Under the pieces are notes generated by a model. The model made no database searches and was not told the DNA's origin. It saw only the letters and a program-made list of their open reading frames with translations. From an uncultured virus (IMG/VR IMGVR_UViG_3300044701_001985) (Duplodnaviria; Heunggongvirae; Uroviricota; Caudoviricetes): DNA of 64,000 nucleotides. Shown in pieces: positions 48,847 to 56,066 of the stretch. Within the stretch, counting starts at the first letter, position 1; each line of letters starts with the position of its first letter. The stretch lies in the IMG/VR virus record IMGVR_UViG_3300044701_001985. One strand, written 5' to 3'. Position numbers and translations under genes: made by a program.

Positions 48847-50017
48847 AATTTCTTCAGTAGAGGAAACACAAACGAATATTAAAGGAATGACTGTATTCAA
48901 TACGGAAAAAGTTGATACAAAAAAGCAACCAATGTTTTTTGGTAAACCTCTGGGAATCCAAAGGTATGATTCTTACAAATACCCAATTTTTGATAAACTA
49001 ACCACTCAACAACTTGGATACTTCTGGAGACCCGAAGAGGTGTCTCTCCAGAAGGATCGTGGAGATTACCAAACACTTCGTCCGGAACAAAAGCATATCT
49101 ATACTTCTAACCTGAAGTATCAGATTATGCTTGATTCTGTTCAAGGTCGTGGTCCTGGTATGGCATTTATTCCTTATTGTTCTCTTCCAGAACTTGAGGC
49201 ATGTATGGAAGTATGGGGATTTATGGAGATGATCCATAGTCGTTCTTATACTTACATTATCAAAAACATATATTCGGATCCTTCCGAAGTGTTTGATACT
49301 ATTATTACTGATAATCGTATTCTTGATCGTGCTAAGAGTGTTACTGAATCATATGATGACTTTATTCAATCAGCACAGTCCTATGGTGCATCAGATACCT
49401 GGATGCATAATCTTGAAGGAGTCTCATACGCAAAGGAAACAATCAACGATGTTAAAAGAAAACTCTACCGAGCAGTTGCAAACGTTAACATTCTTGAAGG
49501 TATTAGGTTCTACGTTAGTTTTGCTTGTTCTTTCGCTTTTGGTGAGCTCAAACTCATGGAGGGTTCGGCAAAAATAATTTCTCTTATTGCTAGAGATGAA
49601 AACCAGCATCTAGCAATTACTCAGAATATTCTGAATAAATGGAAGGAAGGTGATGATCCTGAAATGAAGCAGATTGCTAAAGAAGAGGAAGAATGGGTTT
49701 ATGCGATGTTTGATCGTGCAGTAAATGAAGAAAAACGTTGGGCAGACTATCTGTTCAAAGATGGAAGCATGATTGGACTTAATGATAAACTACTTCAGCA
49801 ATATGTTGAATGGATTGCTAATCGTCGTATGAAAGCAATCGGACTTAAACCAGTATATGATATTTCAGCAAACAATAATCCGCTTCCTTGGACTCAACAC
49901 TGGATTTCTTCTAAAGGTCTTCAAGTTGCTCCACAGGAAACAGAAGTAGAATCCTATGTTGTGGGAGGAATTAAGCAAGATGTTACCAAAAATACTTTCG
50001 CAGGATTCCAATTATGA
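48827..50017 (+). CDS. nrdB: Ribonucleotide reductase beta
   Basis: FWRPEE, EMIHSRSY, LEGIRFYVSF, RDENQH. Confidence 0.97.
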   Translation: MNPVQFKISSVEETQTNIKGMTVFNTEKVDTKKQPMFFGKPLGIQRYDSYKYPIFDKLTTQQLGYFWRPEEVSLQKDRGDYQTLRPEQKHIYTSNLKYQIMLDSVQGRGPGMAFIPYCSLPELEACMEVWGFMEMIHSRSYTYIIKNIYSDPSEVFDTIITDNRILDRAKSVTESYDDFIQSAQSYGASDTWMHNLEGVSYAKETINDVKRKLYRAVANVNILEGIRFYVSFACSFAFGELKLMEGSAKIISLIARDENQHLAITQNILNKWKEGDDPEMKQIAKEEEEWVYAMFDRAVNEEKRWADYLFKDGSMIGLNDKLLQQYVEWIANRRMKAIGLKPVYDISANNNPLPWTQHWISSKGLQVAPQETEVESYVVGGIKQDVTKNTFAGFQL

Positions 50018-50141
50018 TGAATGGTGCGAACAAGAAATCCTGAACGCTTATAAAGAAGCAGCAGAATCTGATGAGTTTTTATTTGGTGATTATGACTATT
50101 GTAAAGAATGGATGGGTAAAAACTCTAACGATGTTTCCTAA
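49980..50141 (+). CDS. Small acidic hypothetical
   Basis: 53 aa overlapping the nrdB end, followed by a terminator. Confidence 0.45.
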   Translation: MLPKILSQDSNYDEWCEQEILNAYKEAAESDEFLFGDYDYCKEWMGKNSNDVS

Positions 50142-50151
50142 TTGTATAGAT

Positions 50152-50177
50152 AGAGGAAGATATCTTCCTCTTTTTTT
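50152..50177 (+). terminator. Rho-independent terminator
   Basis: AGAGGAAG-ATAT-CTTCCTCT plus T run. Confidence 0.75.
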
Positions 50178-50339
50178 ATGCCTAAGAATCAACTGACCAA
50201 AGATGAAATAAAAGTTCGTGTATTAAAATTAAAAGATAAACTTTATAAAGATCATATTCGTCCAGAAATGGATATGAAAGGGATTGCCCATAAATATCTG
50301 AACGAAGTCCTTGATATAATTGATGAGTATAGATATTGA
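50178..50339 (+). CDS. 53 aa hypothetical (not in the ORF track)
   Basis: MPKNQLTKDEIKVRVLKLKD...AHKYLNEVLDIIDEYRY fills the gap. Confidence 0.6.
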   Translation: MPKNQLTKDEIKVRVLKLKDKLYKDHIRPEMDMKGIAHKYLNEVLDIIDEYRY

Positions 50340-50766
50340 CTATGAGAACCCTTGGGTCTATAATGGAACTCCTTTTAGTTCAACTGATATTCAAGATTAT
50401 TTTGGTTTTGTTTATCTTATCGAGAATAATCTTAATGATAGGAAATATATTGGTAGGAAGTATTTCTGGCAGTTTAGAACTCCTAAAGGTAAAAAAAGAA
50501 AAGTAAAATCCGAATCAGATTGGAAAAACTATTATGGGTCTTGTCCAGAACTTAAAGAAGACATTATCAAATTTGGTAGAGAAAATTTTAGTAGAACTAT
50601 CTTATCAGTACATAAAACAAAGGGCAAAACAAACTTTGAGGAGACCAGACGACTCTTCACCCACAATGTTCTTACAGAATCCCTTGACGACGGAACACCA
50701 GCCTGGTACAATAGCAACATCCTCAACAGGTACTTCCGAAAAGATTATTATGGAAACAGAGATTGA
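50323..50766 (+). CDS. denA: GIY-YIG endonuclease, endonuclease II-like
   Basis: GFVY...KYIGRK motif, WKNYYGS; follows nrdB as denA does in T4. Confidence 0.7.
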   Translation: MSIDIDYENPWVYNGTPFSSTDIQDYFGFVYLIENNLNDRKYIGRKYFWQFRTPKGKKRKVKSESDWKNYYGSCPELKEDIIKFGRENFSRTILSVHKTKGKTNFEETRRLFTHNVLTESLDDGTPAWYNSNILNRYFRKDYYGNRD

Positions 50767-50974
50767 ACCGCTACCTTTGAAGTTGAGAGATTGGTCTATT
50801 GATAGAATTCATTATCTAGCGGATACTGGGAATATTGAGCAACAATTAGATGCGGTTTCTATTGCAGAGGAATTTGATGAATGGATTAATCTTCCAAATG
50901 AAGGTGAATATGAATTAAACTATTTGTGCCTTGAGGACGATTCCTTTGGTGATCAAGAAATTGATGTTCGGTAA
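50750..50974 (+). CDS. Small acidic hypothetical
   Basis: ATG at 50750 overlapping the upstream gene end. Confidence 0.6.
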   Translation: METEIEPLPLKLRDWSIDRIHYLADTGNIEQQLDAVSIAEEFDEWINLPNEGEYELNYLCLEDDSFGDQEIDVR

Positions 50975-50983
50975 ACAAACCTA

Positions 50984-51012
50984 TTGACTTATCCTAAATA
51001 AAAACTTATAAT
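50984..51012 (+). promoter_or_regulatory. Sigma70 promoter with an embedded late TAAATA
   Basis: TTGACT-N17-TATAAT; TAAATA at 50995-51000. Confidence 0.7.
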
Positions 51013-51140
51013 GCTTATAACCCACCTTTGGTGGGTTTTCTTATAATGAGTCTTTGAATGATTTTAGAGCCGTGGAGATTGCCCTCTGAGAGGAGGGTCT
51101 ACCCCTTTCTCTATACGGATGTAGAGTTCAATTAAATTTA

Positions 51141-51791
51141 ATGCAACAATTCTTTACTGTAGCCCTGCCTCTTATGGCCATGGTTACAACCAATACGGCA
51201 ACACTGCCATTCTCTAGTTATAAACTACAAGGTCCTCCTCCACCAGTGGAGAAACCTTATTCAATTATTAAAGAGTTTGAACCTGAGAAGACAGCAATCC
51301 TAGAGGTTGCATCGCCAAAGCCTAAAGAGAAAAGGCTAATTTGTAAAGGGTGTTCAGAATATGAGAACCTTGCTTTGGATTATTTCCAAGACCAAGGAAT
51401 TAAAGACAGAAACGCCCTTGCTACTATCCTGGGCAATATTAAGCAAGAATCTATGTTTGTGCCTAATATTTGTGAAGGTGGTAGCAGGACCAGTTATCAT
51501 AACTGCGGACGTGGTTATGGACTGATCCAATGGACATCTGCCGATAGATATTATGGATTGGGTGATTTCGCTAAGAAGTTTGGTGGTTCTCCATCAACAC
51601 TTCCAACGCAGCTTCGTTATCTAACGACTGAGGTTCAATGGAAACGAATTGAAGACAGGATGAAAACTCCTGGTAAATCTATCAATCGTTACATGGACTA
51701 TGCGTATAGTTGGATTGGTTGGGGCATTCATGGTGCTCGCACTTCGTATGCTCATCAGTATGCTTCCAAACTGATCACGGTAGAAGTTTGA
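51141..51791 (+). CDS. Phage tail-lysozyme-family peptidoglycan hydrolase with N-terminal signal-like segment
   Basis: ATILGNIKQES, GYGLIQWT, QLRYL. Confidence 0.8.
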   Translation: MQQFFTVALPLMAMVTTNTATLPFSSYKLQGPPPPVEKPYSIIKEFEPEKTAILEVASPKPKEKRLICKGCSEYENLALDYFQDQGIKDRNALATILGNIKQESMFVPNICEGGSRTSYHNCGRGYGLIQWTSADRYYGLGDFAKKFGGSPSTLPTQLRYLTTEVQWKRIEDRMKTPGKSINRYMDYAYSWIGWGIHGARTSYAHQYASKLITVEV

Positions 51792-51854
51792 TAAAATAGA
51801 ATAAATATCGGGGGGTAATGATACCCCCCTTACTAATATTTTAATATTATAATA

Positions 51855-52406
51855 ATGAGAATAATAGATGATGCTATAACTAAAGAACTAGCACAAGATT
51901 GTATAAAAGAAATAGAATATAAAAAAAAAGAACATCTTTGGATGGCTAGTAATGTATTTTGGCCAGAAGGAATCAAAACAAATGTTACTGGTACATGTAT
52001 CCAGTGTTCTGTTTCTAAACCATTGAAGAAGAGAATTGTAAGTCAGATATCTGAATATCTTCCCGACCATAAAGTTTTAACATTCCAGTTTTACATATGG
52101 TTATACAATGGTGCAATATCAAATCATAATGATTATGGGCATGGTTTTGGAGTTACAATATATTTGAATGAGAAATGGGATGTTGATTATGGTGGAATAT
52201 TTTTATGGAATGATAATAATGATTATCAAGATCCAGAATATTATAAATCTTGGAAAGCTTGCACTCCAAAATACAGGACAATGATTTTAAATGATAATTT
52301 GCATGATCATTTAGTAACACCTGTTTCTCCACAATCTCCAGAATTTAGGTATACGATTCAAATATGGGGAGATCCTTTTATTGGTGCAACCAATAAAACC
52401 TCTTGA
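51855..52406 (+). CDS. 2OG-Fe(II) oxygenase (prolyl-hydroxylase-like)
   Basis: HND...TIYLN...GG...HLVTPV...RYTIQ. Confidence 0.8.
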   Translation: MRIIDDAITKELAQDCIKEIEYKKKEHLWMASNVFWPEGIKTNVTGTCIQCSVSKPLKKRIVSQISEYLPDHKVLTFQFYIWLYNGAISNHNDYGHGFGVTIYLNEKWDVDYGGIFLWNDNNDYQDPEYYKSWKACTPKYRTMILNDNLHDHLVTPVSPQSPEFRYTIQIWGDPFIGATNKTS

Positions 52407-52431
52407 CTTCCCCCATAAACCCTGTTATAAT
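52403..52431 (+). promoter_or_regulatory. Sigma70 promoter of the tRNA/ncRNA operon
   Basis: TTGACT-N17-TATAAT with an extended TG. Confidence 0.85.
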
Positions 52432-52439
52432 TCTCTCAT

Positions 52440-52517
52440 GGGCAGGCGGGGTTCCACTCCTTCCGTAAGACCCGCCCCCTCCATGCCTCTCATAGAAGCA
52501 CAAACAGGAGGGTCCCT
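52440..52517 (+). ncRNA. Candidate structured RNA preceding tRNA-Ile
   Basis: GGCGGG/CCCGCC and CCCTCC/GGAGGG stems; GC-rich in AT-rich context. Confidence 0.55.
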
Positions 52518-52589
52518 GGGACTGTCGCCTATTGGTTAAGGCCCACTGCTTATAACGGTGTGAAGAGGGTTCAATTCCCTCCAGTCCTA
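52518..52589 (+). tRNA. tRNA-Ile(UAU)
   Basis: GGGACTG/CAGTCCT acceptor, CACTG-CTTATAA-CGGTG anticodon arm, TTCAA T-loop. Confidence 0.88.
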
Positions 52590-52685
52590 CTTGATATGAT
52601 TGGAAATATCCGATTGTATCATACGTTTCGGGATCATCATATCCGAAACAACCAAGTGCCTGGTACGCAGAGGGCACTCTCTGCT
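52590..52685 (+). ncRNA. Candidate three-hairpin RNA between tRNA-Ile and tRNA-Arg
   Basis: 13-bp, about 10-bp and 6-bp stems in succession. Confidence 0.55.
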
Positions 52686-52692
52686 TTATTAT

Positions 52693-52766
52693 GACTCAAT
52701 AGCTCAGATGGATAGAGCAACTGCCTTCTAAGCAGTCGGTCGTAGGTTCGAGTCCTACTTGAGTCG
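52693..52766 (+). tRNA. tRNA-Arg(UCU)
   Basis: GACTCAA/TTGAGTC acceptor, CTTCTAA loop. Confidence 0.95.
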
Positions 52767-52794
52767 TTTATATAAATACTCAAAAAAGAGTAAT

Positions 52795-53229
52795 ATGGAA
52801 ACACTGTATAAATTACTTTCTGATACTCAGGCAAGTCTTTTTGTTCTTTTCCAAAAGACTTGGGTGTATCACTGGAATGTAGTGGGAGAAGACTTTAAAC
52901 AGTTTCATGATCTTTTTGGAGAACAGTATGAAGCAGTTTATGGGGAAATAGATCGTCTCACAGAACACATGAGATATTTGAATATAAAACCAGTTCCTAC
53001 TCTATCAAGGATTACTGAAGTTTCTTACATTTCAGAAGCAAATAGTGGATTAGATGCAATGGGAATGGTTAGTGATTTAATTGAAGGACATCAACAGATT
53101 GTGGAACTTTTGAATAAGGTTGCTGAAGAAGCAGAAATTCAAAAATCAAGAGGTACTACTAATCTTGTCGATGATTTAAATGAAGAGCATGGTAAATTTA
53201 TTTGGATGCTAAGGTCTTTTACACTGTAA
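52795..53229 (+). CDS. dps: Dps ferritin-like DNA protection protein
   Basis: HWNVVG, FHDLFGE, DRLTE ferroxidase motifs, WML end; TATAAATA at 52771. Confidence 0.93.
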   Translation: METLYKLLSDTQASLFVLFQKTWVYHWNVVGEDFKQFHDLFGEQYEAVYGEIDRLTEHMRYLNIKPVPTLSRITEVSYISEANSGLDAMGMVSDLIEGHQQIVELLNKVAEEAEIQKSRGTTNLVDDLNEEHGKFIWMLRSFTL

Positions 53230-53283
53230 TTTGACTTATTAAAGTAAAAATATTATATTGATTATTAATCTTGGAGTTCTAAA

Positions 53284-53754
53284 ATGGATATGATAGAACC
53301 TCATTCCACGATACTGGTTCTTAACAGTTCATATGAACCACTTCATTTTACAAATTGGAAAAGAGCAGTTGTTTTGCTTTTCAAAGAAAAAGCAAAAGTT
53401 ATTTCAAGTAGAGTAATTAAACTTATAAATTTTGTGAAAATTCCTTTTAACCGACCTTCAGAAACTTTTCCATCACGTTCGATGATATATAAGAGAGACA
53501 AGAATACATGTCAGTATTGTGGAGCACAAAGTAGATTAACAATTGATCATGTGATTCCAAAATGCAGAGGAGGAAAGGATACTTGGGAAAATTTAGTTGT
53601 TGCATGTTCTTCATGCAATACTAAAAAGGGTGATAAGCTTTTAGAACATACGAACATGAAACTTCGTAAAAAACCAAAAGCTCCTCTAAGCAACGTTATG
53701 ATAGATCTTGAAGAAACAAAAGTTGATCAATGGAAAGAATTCTATTACAGTTGA
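53284..53754 (+). CDS. HNH endonuclease (McrA-like)
   Basis: LVLNSSYEPL, RDKNTCQYCG, TIDHVIP, NLVVACSSCN; TTGACT-N17-TATATT at 53231. Confidence 0.9.
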   Translation: MDMIEPHSTILVLNSSYEPLHFTNWKRAVVLLFKEKAKVISSRVIKLINFVKIPFNRPSETFPSRSMIYKRDKNTCQYCGAQSRLTIDHVIPKCRGGKDTWENLVVACSSCNTKKGDKLLEHTNMKLRKKPKAPLSNVMIDLEETKVDQWKEFYYS

Positions 53755-53779
53755 CTTTTTAATAAAGATACTATATAAT
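53751..53779 (+). promoter_or_regulatory. Sigma70 promoter for the tRNA-Gly/large RNA operon
   Basis: TTGACT-N17-TATAAT. Confidence 0.85.
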
Positions 53780-53790
53780 GTATCTTATAA

Positions 53791-53861
53791 GCGGGTATGG
53801 TGTAGCGGTAACACGCCATCCTTCCAAGTTGGAATCACCGGTTCGAACCCGGTTACCCGCT
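53791..53861 (+). tRNA. tRNA-Gly(UCC)
   Basis: GCGGGTA/TACCCGC acceptor, CTTCCAA loop. Confidence 0.93.
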
Positions 53862-53863
53862 CT

Positions 53864-54228
53864 TGGTAGTCCTTATTAATTAAGCAGACGCCAACTTCTA
53901 CTACGGGTATCTTCCGTAGCGTCGTAAGGGGATGATTGGGCAGGGTCCTAAGGACTTTGCCTTCTGGGCAAAGTCCGATTATCCCCTTGGTTCTGGGTGG
54001 AACTCCCAGCAGTTCCTTTAGGGACTGTCCTTTGTAGGTTCGATACCTACATCTTCCTTATGGGAGATAAGAACGGCTATTGGAGACCACTCTAAATCCT
54101 AAGTTCGCTTAGGTCGGGGATTTGATCACCCCCGCTCGTAGGTGCCAAAACCGCTCCTCATCCCTAGTATTCTGTGGGTGAGTGAATGTCAAGAGTGGGG
54201 ACATAGGTAAAGTCCTCAACACCTACCA
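53864..54228 (+). ncRNA. Large highly structured non-coding RNA candidate
   Basis: More than 12 successive helices, no ORF, raised GC, bounded by tRNA elements. Confidence 0.75.
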
Positions 54229-54231
54229 TAA

Positions 54232-54303
54232 CCTCTGTTAGTCTATTGGTAAGGACAGGCGGACAACGCACTTGGATACTGGGTTCGATTCCCAGACAGA
54301 GGA
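54232..54303 (+). ncRNA. tRNA-like element with a non-canonical anticodon arm
   Basis: Perfect CCTCTGT/ACAGAGG acceptor, D arm and CTGGG-TTCGATT-CCCAG T arm; anticodon stem does not pair canonically. Confidence 0.75.
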
Positions 54304-54307
54304 ACAT

Positions 54308-54380
54308 TCCCTTGTAGTTCAGTTGGTAGAACGGAGGACTGTTAATCCTTATGTCCCTGGTTCGAGTCCAGGCGGGGGAG
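54308..54380 (+). tRNA. tRNA-Asn(GUU)
   Basis: TCCCTTG/CGGGGGA acceptor, CTGTTAA loop. Confidence 0.95.
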
Positions 54381-54398
54381 TTTTGCTGAGATATTGGT

Positions 54399-54869
54399 AT
54401 GATTTATGTGGATGAAAATTTCTTGTCCATGGATGAATGTGGATACTTTGTAAAATTATTTCTTGAAAATAAAAATAAAACAAGAGAATATAGAAGCACA
54501 AAAATCCTTAGCACAAAACTTTTGTACGATAAGAGTTTAGATGCATCTCTGCAAAAAATTACTAATAAAGTTAGAATATTATTTGATGTAGATTGTACTT
54601 TAAACAATTCTCAATTAGTTTTATGGCCTTCTGGTTCATATCAAAATCCACACTATGACCCTCCAGGAGATCTGTGTGCATGTATTATTTACTTAAATGA
54701 TAATTACAATGGTGGATCTACATCATTTAATGAAAACCTTAAAATTAAACCAGAAGTAGGAAAATGTTTAATATTTTCAAACTCTCAATACTTACATTGG
54801 GTTGAAAAAATTACAGAGGGGAATAGATATACTCTTTCAACTTGGTTTATAAATAAACTTAATAATTGA
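54399..54869 (+). CDS. 2OG-Fe(II) oxygenase
   Basis: HYD...IIYLND.YNGG...HWVE...RYTLSTW. Confidence 0.82.
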   Translation: MIYVDENFLSMDECGYFVKLFLENKNKTREYRSTKILSTKLLYDKSLDASLQKITNKVRILFDVDCTLNNSQLVLWPSGSYQNPHYDPPGDLCACIIYLNDNYNGGSTSFNENLKIKPEVGKCLIFSNSQYLHWVEKITEGNRYTLSTWFINKLNN

Positions 54870-54878
54870 AAAAATATC

Positions 54879-55133
54879 ATGATTGTTGTAAGATGCAAAG
54901 AATGCAATACTGAAATAACTAGTCATCCATCAAAAACACAATGTTGCGGTTGTCCAAATATGATGACTGTCTGTGGTGATAAAATTTCAGCATTGGATCT
55001 GGGTAAAGTTGTTATGACAAATTCTTTTACAAAAAAAGAAAACACCAAAACAGTTCTTTCTACAGAGGATTTATCCTTTCAAGAAGCAAGGAGACAACGA
55101 AAGGTTCGAAAATTGGACTTCGAAGTTCGTTGA
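54879..55133 (+). CDS. Small Cys-rich Zn-binding protein
   Basis: CKEC...CCGC. Confidence 0.7.
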   Translation: MIVVRCKECNTEITSHPSKTQCCGCPNMMTVCGDKISALDLGKVVMTNSFTKKENTKTVLSTEDLSFQEARRQRKVRKLDFEVR

Positions 55134-55139
55134 ATACTT

Positions 55140-55224
55140 GGAAAGGTGGTCGAGTGGTTGAAGGCTCTAGTCTTGAAAACTAGCGATGTGAAAGCATCCG
55201 TGGGTTCGAATCCCACCCTTTCCG
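55140..55224 (+). tRNA. tRNA-Ser(UGA)
   Basis: GGAAAGG/CCTTTCC acceptor, CTTGAAA loop, long variable arm. Confidence 0.95.
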
Positions 55225-55338
55225 TTTTAAGATAAATTACAAATTTAATAATTCCTTCAACAGTGTTACAGTATGAACACAAATGTTGACTTTTAAGATC
55301 GTGTAATTAGTATATAGTAGTATGCTAATTAAAAACCC

Positions 55339-55488
55339 ATGGATCAACATACCTATAATAATTGGGTGAAGATCAAGGAAACTTTTGAGGAGTCTGGTAA
55401 CACTAATAATATGTTCTATAAAAGGGCAGTGGAAATTGTTAAGACACGAAGAGATCCTCTCGCAAAATTTCTTGGAGATGAAAAATGA
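55339..55488 (+). CDS. 49 aa hypothetical (not in the ORF track)
   Basis: MDQHTYNNWVKIKETFEESGNTNNMFYKRAV...; first gene after a TTGACT promoter, coupled to the next ORF. Confidence 0.7.
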   Translation: MDQHTYNNWVKIKETFEESGNTNNMFYKRAVEIVKTRRDPLAKFLGDEK

Positions 55489-55688
55489 TGCACGAGCAGG
55501 AAGAATTTATAACACGTTCCGAAGTTCAGGAGATGATAGATGATGCAATACGAAGACACAATCGTAATGCTTCGATTATTTCAATGTGTGTTGGCTGGGT
55601 TGTTCTTGCACTTTTTGCTGAAGGTCTTCTTCGACTCGTTGGAGTAATACCCCCTTTACTACCATGGCTCAAGATTACTCTGAACTAA
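55485..55688 (+). CDS. Small membrane protein of cyanobacterial type
   Basis: EVQEMIDDAIRRHNRNASIIS then a TM helix. Confidence 0.7.
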   Translation: MMHEQEEFITRSEVQEMIDDAIRRHNRNASIISMCVGWVVLALFAEGLLRLVGVIPPLLPWLKITLN

Positions 55689-55975
55689 TATTTTTAGTTC
55701 CTTGGTTGGTTCTAGTGGGAATATCATTAACAATGATTGTGCAGGGATGGATGATAATGAATGCCTATCATGGATATTCAAAAAGTCCAAAAGTAAAACA
55801 TCCAGAACTTAACGACGTTAAAGCAGGAGATCCTTTACTAGTGGTTAGATTTACAGAGGAAGAAATAGCAAAACTACAACAAAGAGTTACTGAACAAAAA
55901 ATGATGGAACTCTTTGAAGAACCATCAACTTATGAGGACGAAGATGACGACGACAGATTGGATCGTATTCATTGA
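55664..55975 (+). CDS. DUF2973-like membrane protein
   Basis: N-terminal TM, HPEL...LLVVRF motif. Confidence 0.6.
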   Translation: MAQDYSELIFLVPWLVLVGISLTMIVQGWMIMNAYHGYSKSPKVKHPELNDVKAGDPLLVVRFTEEEIAKLQQRVTEQKMMELFEEPSTYEDEDDDDRLDRIH

Positions 55976-56066
55976 ATTTTTTTCGCACATGCTCTATATG
56001 CTTATAGCGTTTATGTGTGGGATTATTATCGGTTATATAGTTGGATTTAGAAATGGAGGAATGTAA
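55944..56066 (+). CDS. 40 aa single-TM protein (not in the ORF track)
   Basis: MTTTDWIVFIEFFSHMLYMLIAFMCGIIIGYIVGFRNGGM; TAATG-coupled to ndhP. Confidence 0.55.
   Translation: MTTTDWIVFIEFFSHMLYMLIAFMCGIIIGYIVGFRNGGM

Noticed and set aside
795..50017. Introns, inteins or recoded stops in gp17, gp20, gp23, gp43, gp41, nrdA, nrdB
   Set aside because: All are continuous ORFs of ordinary length under the standard code
52378..52834. Minus-strand ORFs across the tRNA-Ile/Arg region
   Set aside because: Artefacts of GC-rich RNA genes on the + strand
53284..53754. HNH as the mobiliser of the adjacent large RNA
   Set aside because: Separate promoter, McrA-like architecture and no flanking repeats; only adjacency supports a link
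53864..54228. RNase P RNA, tmRNA or group I intron identity for the large RNA
   Set aside because: AAAGTCC resembles RNase P P4, but the other universal elements are not evident; no tmRNA termini or tag ORF; it interrupts no gene
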